Positions 22,678-35,600 of a DNA stretch of 64,000 nucleotides are shown piece after piece. Source of the stretch: Nemertoderma westbladi. Taxonomy: Eukaryota; Animalia; Xenacoelomorpha. Positions within the stretch are counted from its first letter, which is position 1; each line of letters opens with the position of its first letter. The stretch is from assembly GCA_032718475.1 (NCBI GenBank), contig JAUCBJ010007359.1, forward strand, positions 66,802-130,801, read 5' to 3'. The notes under the pieces were generated by a model that was not told where the DNA came from, made no database searches, and saw only the letters and a list, made by a program, of their open reading frames with translations. Made by a program: the position numbers and the translations under genes.

Positions 22678-25600
22678 TTTGAGGTTTGAGATTTATTTAT
22701 TTTTTATTTATACCGAGTGGTCGTACACATTAATTATAACAATAATTGCATTATTTTTAATTTGCAGGGTAAGCATTTAATAATTTAATAATTTCTATTA
22801 AAGGGATTTAGTTTTTGAATGTTGATAATGATAGTGCACTGATAGTAGTTGGCAGTAGCTGAAGCTAGTTTTGTCAACTGCTATCAACGACCAGTTCGGG
22901 GGGGGGGGGGGGGGTGGTACTAGCCTATCCAATCAGCAACAGCTCAGGCGATTTCCCTTTTTTCGTTTTTCCCACAAAGTACTGTATATTTATTTTACTT
23001 TTTATTCAATTAATTTAATTTGTATTTTTAGGATATGAAACTGGATAAAATCGCAATATTTTGTATTTTTTTGTAATTTTATTTTCTTGTATTTTATCTT
23101 ACTGTAGCTCATTTATTAGTTTATTTTTTAATTTTCTTCCTAATGATTTTTTCGATTTACATTGTTTAATATCTACATCTAGCGTGTTCCAGACAATGAC
23201 ACCGTTATATTTTAATGATTTCTGTCCTTGTAGTAGTCGGGTCCGTGGTACATAGTAGTTTTTTCTTGTTGTTGATCGTGTGTTGTAAGTATGTACAGTA
23301 GATGTTTGTTGAAACAACGAAGTGATAAAATTTTGTTTTTTGTTATTGTGGATTTCCCACATTAGTTTAGCTGTTTCAAGAAAATGCAGTTGTTCAATCG
23401 GTAGTATATCTAATTGTTTGTAGAGTGGTGATGCGTGTTCCCTGTAGTGACTGAAGGTAATTGCTCTGACTAGTTTATTTATTTTAATTTTAATAGGTTT
23501 CGTATGTGTAGATTGAGCGTTACCCCAGATCACTATACAGTAATTGATGTAAGGTTGTATCAGTGAACAGTAAAGTAATTTTAATATACGTAGTGGTAGA
23601 GTGTGTCGGAGTTTAAAAAATATACCAGCTGATTTTGAGATTTTCTTCAAAACATAAGCATAATGATTTTTCCAAGATAACTTTCTGTCTATCCAAATTC
23701 CTAAAAATTTTGTTTCATTTACATTTTTTATTGGTTGATTACGTATTTTTATATTATTGTGTTTTGTTTCTTTTTTATTTGTAAAAAATAGATACTCTGA
23801 TTTTTTAAGATTTAATGATAGTTGGTTGTCGGTTAGCCACAGATCAATTTTATTAAGTTCGGTATTTACAGTTTCAGTTAGTATTTCAAGGTCTTTGTGA
23901 TTGTAAAGTAGGTTTGTATCGTCGGCAAATAAAGTTGAGTGAAGTGATGTACAGTTCGGTAAGTCGTTTATGTAAATTAAGAATAATGTAGCGCTGAGTA
24001 TAGCCCCCTGGGGGGTACCGCAGGGGGCCAGTATCGGTTCTGAGTGAGTGTTGCCTATGTAAACTGAGTGTGTTCGGTTGTGTAAGTAGCTAGTTATTAG
24101 TTTATGGGGGGTTCCACGTATCCCATAGCTGTCTAGTTTGTTTAAGAGAATATTGTGTTGTAAAGTATCGAAGGCTTTCTTAAGATCTATTGATATCAAA
24201 CAGGCAGATTCTTGTAATTCTAGGATATTTTGTAATTTTTCGGTTACAGTCAGTATGGCATCTGTTGTTGTAGATTGTTTTCGAAATCCGTATTGGTATT
24301 GTGAGAGTATGGAGTACTTGTCTAGATAAGAGATTAGTTGGGAGTTGATTACACGTTCAAAGAGTTTACTGAATACAGGTAATATTGATATGGGTCTGTA
24401 ATTATTTTTCTCAGTAGGGACGCCGGATTTAAAAACTGAGGTAATTTTACCAGATTTAAGAGTGGATGGGAATGAACCGGTTTTAATAGAGAGATATATC
24501 AGATATGTCAAATGTGGTGCAATATAATAATAATATAATAATAATATAAGCTGCTAATTTAACTAGAGTGATGGGGAAGCTGTCGTTAGTTGAACTTGAG
24601 TTATTGAGATCTAGTATGTTGTAAATAGTTTCAGTGTTAGAGGTTTCAACAAGTGAGAAGGAGTTTGGTTTTTTGTGGTTTATATAACGTATTGGGTTTC
24701 TGTTTATTGTGGGTATCTCTTGTGCCAGTCGAGTTCCTATAGTAGCAAAGTGGTTGTTAAAAACACTGCAGATTTCCTCAGGGTCAGTAATTTCTTTATT
24801 ATTTCCATTCTTATCAGTAATAATTAGTTTTTTTGGTGAAGTTTTCGGTTTTGACCTGTTTAAAGCTGAATTTATTGTATTCCATGTTTTTCTCATTTTA
24901 TTTTTGTTTTTGTCGAATTCTTTTGCATAATATAATTTTTCCGCTGATTTTAGAGTTTTCGAAAATTTGTTACAGTATTTTTTATATTCCTTTAATTTTT
25001 CTTCTGTCGTATTTTTTGAGAGAGCGGCGTACATTTTATTTTTAGTTATTGACGATTTAATCAGTCCTATGGTCATCCATGGTTTTTTTGGTATTTCCTT
25101 TTTGTTCTAATTGTTTTTTCAGTAGGTGTTTACTCGTTATTTTTTCAAAATTTTTGTAAAATTCTTCAAATTTATTTTCACTCATAATATTATCATTTTT
25201 ATATGTCCACAAGCTGGTTTCTCGCAAATCGTTCAGATAGTTTTCTTTGTTAAATTTAGAATAGTTATAAGTGTAACGTGTTTCAGGTGGGTTAAAAAAC
25301 ATAAGTAATTTTGAATCGTAATAAATGTACCTAAGTGGTCAGTTGTGCCTACTTCTGCAAGGAAAACACCGGGAGTTATTATTTTATCTCGTATATTTGT
25401 TGAAATATGATCAAGTAGAGTTTTGGAATGTGGGGTTATTCTAGTTGGGACTTTAATTAGTTGTTCGAAGGAGTATGATTCTAAAACTTGTAGGTATTTA
25501 ATAGCGTTGTTTGATTTTTTTAAAAGGTCTAAATTGAAATCGCCGGTTAAAATAATGTCAAGATTTTGAGTTGATAAATTATAAAGTAAATTGTTAACAT

Positions 25601-25931
25601 TTTCTAGAAAATTATTTAGATCGCAGGAATCAGGGCGATAAATGTTGCCTATTAATATTGGTTTTAGATTTTTAGATTTTTTTGTTCTAGAAATACCAAC
25701 CCAAGAAGATTCGCAGTGTTCAATCGTAATATCTGTACGGTGTGTGTAGTCTAGTCCGTTTTTTAGGTATATGGCTGTCCCGCCCCTCTGACGTTTTCCG
25801 TATTGTCTGTTGTTAGTAATTGGTAGTGAGTATCCGTGTATACGTAGAGGAGTGAGATCAGTGTCGTCAGTTATAAATGTTTCGGTAAAAGAAAGTACGT
25901 AAAATTGCTTGTCAATGAGGTTTAGGTAGTC
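22678..25931 (-). mobile_element. 5'-truncated LINE of the CR1/L2 group (Crack/L2-like)
   Basis: TSD CACAGA at 22672-22677 and 25932-25937; the host LTR-element leader rejoins across it. The sense 3' end reads AATAAA...TCTCAAACCTCAAA, with a stem-loop at 22840-22886. Confidence 0.88.
23099..25931 (-). pseudogene. LINE ORF2 (APE endonuclease and reverse transcriptase), about 3 frameshifts
   Basis: TET, GG.AIY, IYRP, GDFN, PTR...LDH and TDH (APE). YRPISIL, QYGFR, DLKKAFD, PQG, FADD and FLG (RT). Confidence 0.92.
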
Positions 25932-26497
25932 CACAGACCAAATGCTGGCAGACTACTGTCAAGCCTAAATAAACTACAGTATATGCAGACTCTGAAATGG
26001 TTAGTTAGTAGGCGTTCTAACCAAGTAGTACGACTTATTACCTTACAGCACTGGATGCCCCCACCTTCCTAACTAGAACTTTATCGGACAGACACTCTAC
26101 ATATACTGCAATGGCCTCAGAGCTAACAACAGCTAGACAACAATCCGGCCTACAAATTATTTATACAATCTGAGCAGGCTTACACGCCTTCTGCTCAATA
26201 TTACACTTACAGATAAATAAAACTGACAGAAATAAGTAAAATCCCAATAAAAACCAGGGCTGCAGTCCCCGTTTAAATATTAAGACCTACTGGTATATAA
26301 TTATCACAATCGAAATAATACTACTGTACCTGTAAGTACCGGTTCGGAACAGGCCTACAGTTTACCGTCCTACTGGTACATTCGACTTTATTGCCTACGG
26401 CGCAATAAAGAAACTTAAAATCTATTAATGTTCTTACCAGAACATTAGACAAAGTATATTTATTGCCTACTGTGCAATAAAGAACCAAATCTATTAA

Positions 26498-27608
26498 TGT
26501 TCGCGCTTTTAGACCTTTAGCAGTTTAACCTGCCAATTTTAGTTGTCCTCTTGTTTATAAATCGACTTTAGCCTTTTACCAATTACCTGGTATACTGAAG
26601 TTACATCAGCCGAAGCCAGTCCGTGTGCGGCGTATGACCCACGGTGTGGGAGACTGGATTCGGATTCCTTGGGAATTATTGCAGTGTAGACCTACTGTAT
26701 TATTCGATTGATCGCTACTATATAATCTCTGACAACTATATTTACTTTCGGGGAAATATTAACAGTTCCAGGACATGGCGCTTTAAGTATAAAAACAGAG
26801 TTATGACTTATACTAATCACAACTAGATGGCCACAGAGTTTCGTAAATAGCGCATTCTTTAGGAGATGCTTTATTAACCTTCACACTACTTTACACAACT
26901 TCGCACTAATTTGCCGACCGTCACTGAATTTGATCATATATAAGGAGGATTGCAACTGACACACAGGGATTATGAAATAGCATTTAATTCACAAAAAACC
27001 ACTATAATTTAAGTCGCAGTTGCTACCGGTAGATCCTATTCCTCTTACCTCAGTAATCAATAAGATTGAGGGGTTTATGATTATTTATCGGTATTCTCCA
27101 AATATAACATCAATATCCATTAATATAACAACAATTAATACTATAAACAGAAGTAAAATAATGCGGTGAAATGAGTTGTTCAGAGTCAGGTGAAAAAATA
27201 GTAAAATGAAATGTAGGTGAGTTAAGTGATGACAAAGTGATTAAGGTAGGTTAAAAGATTTACGTTCTTATAACCAAAGCCATCTGATGTTTCCTGGCCA
27301 AAGTCTGAAACTTCCGTACAGAAGCACAGAATCCTGAGTTGGTTCTGATTCTCAGAAAATAATAAACAAAGACCATAATGCATTGCGCGAGTTTCTATAG
27401 GTTTCTGTTAGCAGTAAAGTGAAAATTGCTCTGATTGGCTGAATAAGACAGAACAAAGAACTTCCACGTACACAAAGAATCAGCTGACAGATTTCGTCAT
27501 CATGGTTCTAATTCCTTCCTGTCGCGTAGTTGAATCATTTTAGGTCTATTTTAGAGTATTCTGCGTATTGTGTAAAAATGACGTGTTATGTCCGCAAAAG
27601 CTTTTACA
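26498..27608 (-). repeat. 5' LTR of outer element (~1111 bp)
   Basis: Reverse complement reads TGTAAAAGCTTTTGCGGAC...GCGCGAACA; most similar to the LTR at 222. Confidence 0.88.
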
Positions 27609-28029
27609 ATACTATCTATTGATCAATTTGCTTATTTTTTAAATTTTCTACTGGCAAAATTTTTTTTCCATGCTACATTTGTTTCAGAATTATAACAAAA
27701 TTGGGGATATAATTGACACACCTCCCCAATGCTATGCGGCTGTATATTCCTTCACACTCCCAACTCAGTTAGTTGTAATCTCAATTAGTTAATGTAAGGT
27801 GGAAAGATGGAATCCATTATAATAAAATCAAATTATTTCTTAAAACTAAGGCTTTACGAACAAAGATAAAGCCGCACCATTTTAGCAGAAACCGTTTTCA
27901 ATAGATTTATGGGAATATTTTGTAATTATATCAAATTATTTTTTACATTACACACATCCGTATTAACTAAACATATTTACCGTAAACCCCTCCAGCTATG
28001 CCACTACGTACGGTAGCCTAAATGAGAAG

Positions 28030-28590
28030 TCCTAAGTTTCCCCTCACTCACTCTTACAGTACCAGAGCTAGTGCTTCAAACTTCTACCTCCCGAATTGTA
28101 AATCCTTTGAATCTGATACTTTCGTTTTTAACGGCATTAAAAATTGGAACGCTCTGCCTAATGAAATTAAAAACCTAAATAATCAACATTATTTTAAATC
28201 TGCAGTTAAATCTCACCTCCGTGTGCAATGTAAAAATAGGTACAATAGTCCTACAGTAAGTTATTAGTTTATTAATTATTTATTATTTATACTGTAATTA
28301 TGTTTTATATTAAATTGTTCTGTACATTACATCTTTATCGTTGAGTTGGGCATTGTCACGCTCTCGGTAAAGTTGTACATGTACATAGTGTAATTAGGTT
28401 TATATTGGTTTTAGGTTAGCGTAGTGTAATATTGTATTTGTTACCAAGTAACATAAAGGACCCGCTTGGAAATACGCTGCAAAGCTTTAGGGGTAATCCT
28501 ATATGTTATGTTGGACAATACCTTTATACCGGTACATTGTTTGGTCTATTTATTGTTTTTACATAATGTATAAATAAATCTATCTATCTA
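28030..28590 (+). mobile_element. 3' fragment of a second L2/Crack-like LINE
   Basis: HSYSTRA...FYLP...FVFNGIKNWNALP...FK..VK resembles the ORF2 C-terminus of the other LINE. The 3' UTR ends AATAAA(TCTA)3. Confidence 0.72.
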
Positions 28591-29154
28591 TATATTTTAA
28601 ATTTCGACAAATTCCAAGATATATTGGAGGAGAAATAGCATTTGGCGCAAATTTTTACAATTTCAGTGCCAATTTGGGGCCAATTTTAAATATATTTGGT
28701 GTAGCTATTCTTAAACAACCCTGACGATGTTTAGAAGACAAAAAAATAATTTTCTCCCAATTTTAGGGTCGCGAGACACCAAAATGTGAGGTCCAATTTG
28801 GGGGTGCTACCCCCCTCCCAAAGGTTTCCCATTTTGACACATCATATAACAACAGCGTTGGAGTTGAATGTGGTACAGATCGAACCAATAATCATTTTTT
28901 CATTCAAAACAAAAGATAACAAACACTTCAGAGTATATTTAAGCTGTTAATTATAACGTTATCAACATGTTCAAACAATGAGTTTCATAAAAGTATCCTG
29001 AACTCACCAAATACAATAATATTTATTTATACTGTAGTATAATATTATATCCCACCACACAATAATATTTATTAAAGTCAGTAAATATATCCCGCCATAA
29101 ACAATATTTAATTTAAATATTTTACATACAGTATATAAGTTTGTTTGTATTCTT

Positions 29155-29225
29155 CTAGTTGTTACACTTGTCACAGGATGTCTGACAGTTCCAGTACATA
29201 TAGCCGGGGTTGGCTTGGCACTCGC
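29155..29225 (-). CDS. Terminal coding exon of ShKT-domain gene (second half of ShKT domain 3)
   Basis: ttcatttacag|GC GAG TGC... gives (G)ECQANPGYMYWNCQTSCDKCNN*. Phase 1 matches the upstream exon; AATAAA signals near 29070 and 29025. Confidence 0.9.
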
Positions 29226-29608
29226 CTGTAAATGAAGAATACTTTTAATATTTTATTAATTATATTTAATATTAAATTATTATTTTAATATTTAATTTTA
29301 ATATTCTTTAAATAAAGAATATTCTTAATGTTAATATAACTTTTAATACTCCATGAGAAGCATGATAAAATAAATATATAGTTTAAAAGTTGCTAAGTAA
29401 AATAAATAAATAATATTAATTAATTGCTAAAAATAGATAAAAGGAAGTTTACTAATATTATTTTAAATATTAGTTATAGAATACGAGATAAATAATTAAT
29501 CTATATTTTGCTCTTGTTTTTTCTTGGACGACGACTTATAGCCATTCTAGTTACATAATTATATTTATAGAGTTTTTAAAGTTTTAGTTAGTTACTGTAG
29601 TTACTTAC

Positions 29609-29662
29609 CACTCGCTGCCCATACTGCACAGTATATATTTGTGTCAGGTAATTCAATGCAAA
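29609..29662 (-). CDS. 54-bp exon of ShKT-domain gene (first half of ShKT domain 3)
   Basis: tatgttttag|TT TGC...AGT G|gtaagt gives (V)CIELPDTNIYCAVWAAS(G), phase 1 at both ends. Confidence 0.9.
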
Positions 29663-32600
29663 CTAAAACATAAATAAAATGTATATTTGTCATTATTGTT
29701 CCATTTAGAATAAATAATAATCGTTAATGGAAAAAGAGTTAATATTTACCTTTTATCCTTGGCACTTTCTATCCTTTAGATTGTATTTTGGTTTGAGTTT
29801 AATATGTAGAAAAAATTGAATGTAAATTTCATGATTGGCCGTGAGAAGTTTAAAATAAATAATATACATACAGTAGCATATCACCTGTTAATTCTAGGAG
29901 TGATATACGATATATCACCTGTTAGTTCTATGAGTGATATACGATATATCACCTATTAGTTCTAGGAGTGATATACGATATATCACTTGTTAGTTCTAGG
30001 AGTGATATACGATATATCACCTGTTAGTTCTAGGATTGATATACGATATATCACCTGTTAGTTCTAGGATTGATATACAGTACGATATATCACTTGTTAG
30101 TTCTAGGAGTGATATACAGTACGATATATCACCTGTTAGTTCTAGGAGTGATATACGATATATCACTTGTTAGTTCTAGGAGTGATATACGATATATCAC
30201 CTGTTAGTTCTAGGATTGATTTACGATATATCACCTGTTAGTTCTAGGAGTGATATACAGTACGATATATCACCTGTTAGTTCTAGGAGTGATATACGAT
30301 ATATCACATGTTAGTTCTAGGAGTGATATACAGTACGATATATCACCTGTTAGTTCTAGGAGTGATATACGATATATCACCTGTTAGTTCTAGGAGTGAT
30401 ATACGATATATCACCTGTTAGTTCTAGGAGTGATATACGATATATCACCTGTTAGTTCTAGGAGTGATATACAGTACGATATATCACCTGTTAGTTCTAG
30501 GAGTGATATACGATATATCACATGTTAGTTCTAGGAGTGATATACAGTACGATATATCACCTGTTAGTTCTAGGAGTGATATACGATATATCACCTGTTA
30601 GTTCTACGTGTGATATACGATATATCACCTGTTAGTTCTAGGAGTGATATACGATATATCACATGTTAGTTCTAGGAGTGATATACAGTACGATATATCA
30701 CCTGTTAGTTCTAGGAGTGATATACGATATATCACATGTTAGTTCTAGGAGTGATATACAGTACGATATATCACCTGTTAGTTCTAGGAGTGATATACGA
30801 TATATCACCTGTTAGTTCTACGTGTGATATACGATATATCACCTGTTAGTTCTAGGAGTGATATACGATATATCACATGTTAGTTCTAGGAGTGATATAC
30901 AGTACGATATATCACCTGTTAGTTCTAGGAGTGATATACGATATATCACCTGTTAGTTCTACGTGTGATATACGATATATCACCTGTTAGTTCTAGGAGT
31001 GATATACGATATATCACCTGTTAGTTCTAGGAGTGATATACAGTACGATATATCACCTGTTAGTTCTAGGAGTGATATACGATATATCACCTGTTAGTTC
31101 TACGTGTGATATACGATATATCACCTGTTAGTTCTAGGAGTGATATACGATATATCACATGTTAGTTCTAGGAGTGATATACGATATATCACCTGTTAGT
31201 TCTAGGAGTGATATACGATATATCACCTGTTAGTTCTACGTGTGATATACGATATATCACCTGTTAGTTCTAGGAGTGATATACGATATATCACCTGTTA
31301 GTTCTAGGAGTGATATACGATATATCACCTGTTAGTTCTAGGAGTGATATACAGTACGATATATCACCTGTTAGTTCTAGGAGTGATATACGATATATCA
31401 CCTGTTAGTTCTAGGAGTGATATTACGATATATCACCTGTTAGTTCTAGGAGTGATATACGATATATCACATGTTAGTTCTAGGAGTGATATACAGTACG
31501 ATATATCACCTGTTAGTTCTACGTGTGATATACGATATATTACCTGTTAGTTCTACGTGTGATATACGATATATCACCTGTTAGTTCTAGGAGTGATATA
31601 CGATATATCACATGTTAGTTCTAGGAGTGATATACAGTACGATATATCACCTGTTAGTTCTAGGAGTGATATACGATATATCACCTGTTAGTTCTAGGAG
31701 TGATATACGATATATCACCTGTTAGTTCTACGTGTGATATACGATATATTACCTGTTAGTTCTAGGAGTGATATACGATATATCACCTGTTAGTTCTACG
31801 TGTGATATACGATATATCACCTGTTAGTTCTAGGATTGATTTACGATATATCACATGTTAGTTCTAGGAGTGATATACAGTACGATATATCACCTGTTAG
31901 TTCTACGAGTGATATACGATATATCACCTGTTAGTTCTAGGAGTGATTTACGATATATCACCTGTTAGTTCTAGGAGTGATATACAGTACGATATATCAC
32001 CTGTTAGTTCTAGGAGTGATATACGATATATCACCTGTTAGTTCTAGGAGTGATATACAGTACGATATATCACCTGTTAGTTCTAGGAGTGATATACGAT
32101 ATATCACCTGTTAGTTCTAGGAGTGATATACGATATATCACCTGTTAGTTCTACGTGTGATATACGATATATTACCTGTTAGTTCTAGGAGTGATATACG
32201 ATATATCACCTGTTAGTTCTAGGTGTGATATACGATATATCACCTGTTAGTTCTAGGAGTGATATACGATATATCACCTGTTAGTTCTAGGAGTGATATA
32301 CAGTACGATATATCACCTGTTAGTTCTACGTGTGATATACGATATATTACCTGTTAGTTCTACGTGTGATATACGATATATCACCTGTTAGTTCTAGGAG
32401 TGATATACGATATATCACCTGTTAGTTCTAGGAGTGATATACAGTACGATATATCACCTGTTAGTTCTACGTGTGATATACGATATATCACCTGTTAGTT
32501 CTACGTGTGATATACGATATATCACCTGTTAGTTCTACGTGTGATATACGATATATCACCTGTTAGTTCTACGTGTGATATACGATATATCACCTGTTAG

Positions 32601-35600
32601 TTCTAGGAGTGATATACGATATATCACATGTTAGTTCTAGGAGTGATATACAGTACGATATATCACCTGTTAGTTCTAGGAGTGATATACGATATATCAC
32701 CTGTTAGTTCTGCGTGTGATATACGATATATCACCTGTTAGTTCTAGGAGTGATATACGATATATCACCTGTTAGTTCTAGGAGTGATATACAGTACGAT
32801 ATATCACCTGTTAGTTCTAGGAGTGATATACGATATATCACCTGTTAGTTCTAGGAGTGATATACAGTACGATATATCACCTGTTAGTTCTAGGAGTGAT
32901 ATACAGTACGATATATCACCTGTTAGTTCTAGGAGTGATATACGATATATCACCTGTTAGTTCTAGGAGTGATATACAGTACGATATATCACCTGTTAGT
33001 TCTAGGAGTGATATACGATATATCACCTGTTAGTTCTAGGAGTGATATACGATATATCACCTGTTAGTTCTAGGATTGATTTACGATATATCACCTGTTA
33101 GTTCTAGGAGTGATATACAGTACGATATATCACCTGTTAGTTCTAGGAGTGATATACGATATATCACCTGTTAGTTCTAGGAGTGATATACAGTACGATA
33201 TATCACCTGTTAGTTCTAGGAGTGATATACGATATATCACCTGTTAGTTCTAGGAGTGATATACGATATATCACATGTTAGTTCTAGGAGTGATATACGA
33301 TATATCACCTGTTAGTTCTAGGAGTGATATACGATATATCACTTGTTAGTTCTAGGAGTGATATACGATATATCACCTGTTAGTTCTAGGATTGATTTAC
33401 GATATATCACCTGTTAGTTCTAGGAGTGATATACGATATATCACCTGTTAGTTCTAGGAGTGATATACGATATATCACATGTTAGTTCTAGAAGTGATAT
33501 ACGATATATCACCTGTTAGTTCTAGGAGTGATATACGATATATCACTTGTTAGTTCTAGGAGTGATATACGATATATTACCTGTTAGTTCTAGGAGTGAT
33601 ATACAGTACGATATATCACCTGTTAGTTCTAGGAGTGATATACGATATATCACTTGTTAGTTCTAGGAGTGATATACGATATATCACCTGTTAGTTCTAG
33701 GATTGATTTACGATATATCACCTGTTAGTTCTAGGAGTGATATACAGTACGATATATCACCTGTTAGTTCTAGGAGTGATATACGATATATCACCTGTTA
33801 GTTCTAGGAGTGATATACGATATATCACCTGTTAATTCTAGGAGTGATATACAGTACGATATATCACCTGTTAGTTCTAGGAGTGATATACGATATATCA
33901 CCTGTTAATTCTAGGAGTGATATACAGTACGATATATCACCTGTTAGTTCTAGGAGTGATATAGAGTACGATATATCACCTGTTAGTTCTAAGAATGATA
34001 TACGATATATCACATGTTAGTTCTAGAAGTGATATACGATATTCTAGGAGTGATATACGATATATAACCTGTTAAGTCTAGGAGCGATATACGATATATC
34101 ACCTGTTAGTTCTAGGAGATATATACAGTACGATATATCACCTGTTAGTTCTAGGAGTGATATACGATATATCAACTGTTAGTTCTAGAAGTGATATACT
34201 ATATATCACCTGTTAGTTCTAGGAATGATATACGATATATCACCTGTTAGTTCTAGGTGTGATATACGATATATCACCTGTTAGTTCTACGAGTGCTATA
34301 CAGTATGATATATCACCTGTTAGTTCTAGGAGTGATATACAGTACGATATATCACCCGTTAGTTCTAGGAGTGATATACGATATATCACCTGTTAGTTTT
34401 AGAAGTGATATACGATATATTACTTGTTAGTTCGAGGTGTGATATACGATATATCACCTGTTAGTTCTAGGAGTGATATACGATATATCACCTGTTAGTT
34501 CTAGGAGTGATATACAGTACGATATATCACCTGTTAGTTCTAGGAGTGATATACAGTACGATATATCACCTGTTAGTTCTAGGAGTGATATACGATATAT
34601 CACCTGTTAGTTCTAGGAGTGATATACGATATATCACCTGTTAGTTCTAGGAGTGATATACAGTACGATATATCACCTGTTAGTTCTAGGAGTGATATAC
34701 AGTACGATATATCACCTGTTAGTTCTAGGAGTGATATACGATATATCACCTGTTAGTTCTAGGAGTGATATACAGTACGATATATCACCTGTTAGTTCTA
34801 GGAGTGATATACGATATATCACTTGTTAGTTCTAGGAGTGATATACGATATATCACCTGTTAGTTTTAGAAGTGATATACGATATATTACTTGTTAGTTC
34901 GAGGTGTGATATACGATATATCACCTGTTAGTTCTAGGAGTGATATACGATATATCACCTGTTAGCTCTTGGAGTGATATACAGTACGATATATCACCTG
35001 TTAGTTCTAGGAGTGATATACGATATATCACCTGTTAGTTCTAGGAGTGATATACGATATATCACCTGTTAGTTCTAGGAGTGATATACAGTACGATATA
35101 TCACCTGTTAGTTCTAGGAGTGATATACGATATATCACTTGTTAGTTCTAGGAGTGATATACGATATATCACCTGTTAGTTCTAGGATTGATTTACGATA
35201 TATCACCTGTTAGTTCTAGGAGTGATATACAGTACGATATATCACCTGTTAGTTCTAGGAGTGATATACGATATATCACTTGTTAGTTCTAGGTGTTAGT
35301 TCTAGGATTGATTTACGATATATCACCTGTTAGTTCTAGGAGTGATATACAGTACGATATATCACCTTTAGTTCTAGGAGTGATATACGATATATCACCT
35401 GTTAGTTTTAGAAGTGATATACGATATATTACTTGTTAGTTCGAGGAGTGATATACGATATATCACCTGTTAGTTCTAGGAGTGATATACGATATATCAC
35501 CTGTTAGTTCTAGGAGTGATATACAGTACGATATATCACCTGTTAGTTCTAGGAGTGATATACTATATATCACCTGTTAGTTCTAGGAGTGATATACTAT

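Larger units (their letters stand above)
2776..27608 (-). mobile_element. Older ('outer') non-autonomous BEL/Pao LTR element, interrupted by a related LTR element and a LINE; 3' LTR missing in this orientation
   Basis: 5' LTR 27608-26498; leader 26497-25932 and 22677-22352; gag starts at 22351 and resumes at 7888 across the GGTAT TSD (...KSQEY|QSSMVVGAV...). The 3' non-coding region and ORF2 relic run down to about 2.8 kb, colinear with 9099-17700. Confidence 0.88.

Noticed and set aside
27620-28990. Possible old DNA-transposon or MITE remnants around the LINE fragment
   Set aside because: I could not find terminal inverted repeats or a TSD by eye.
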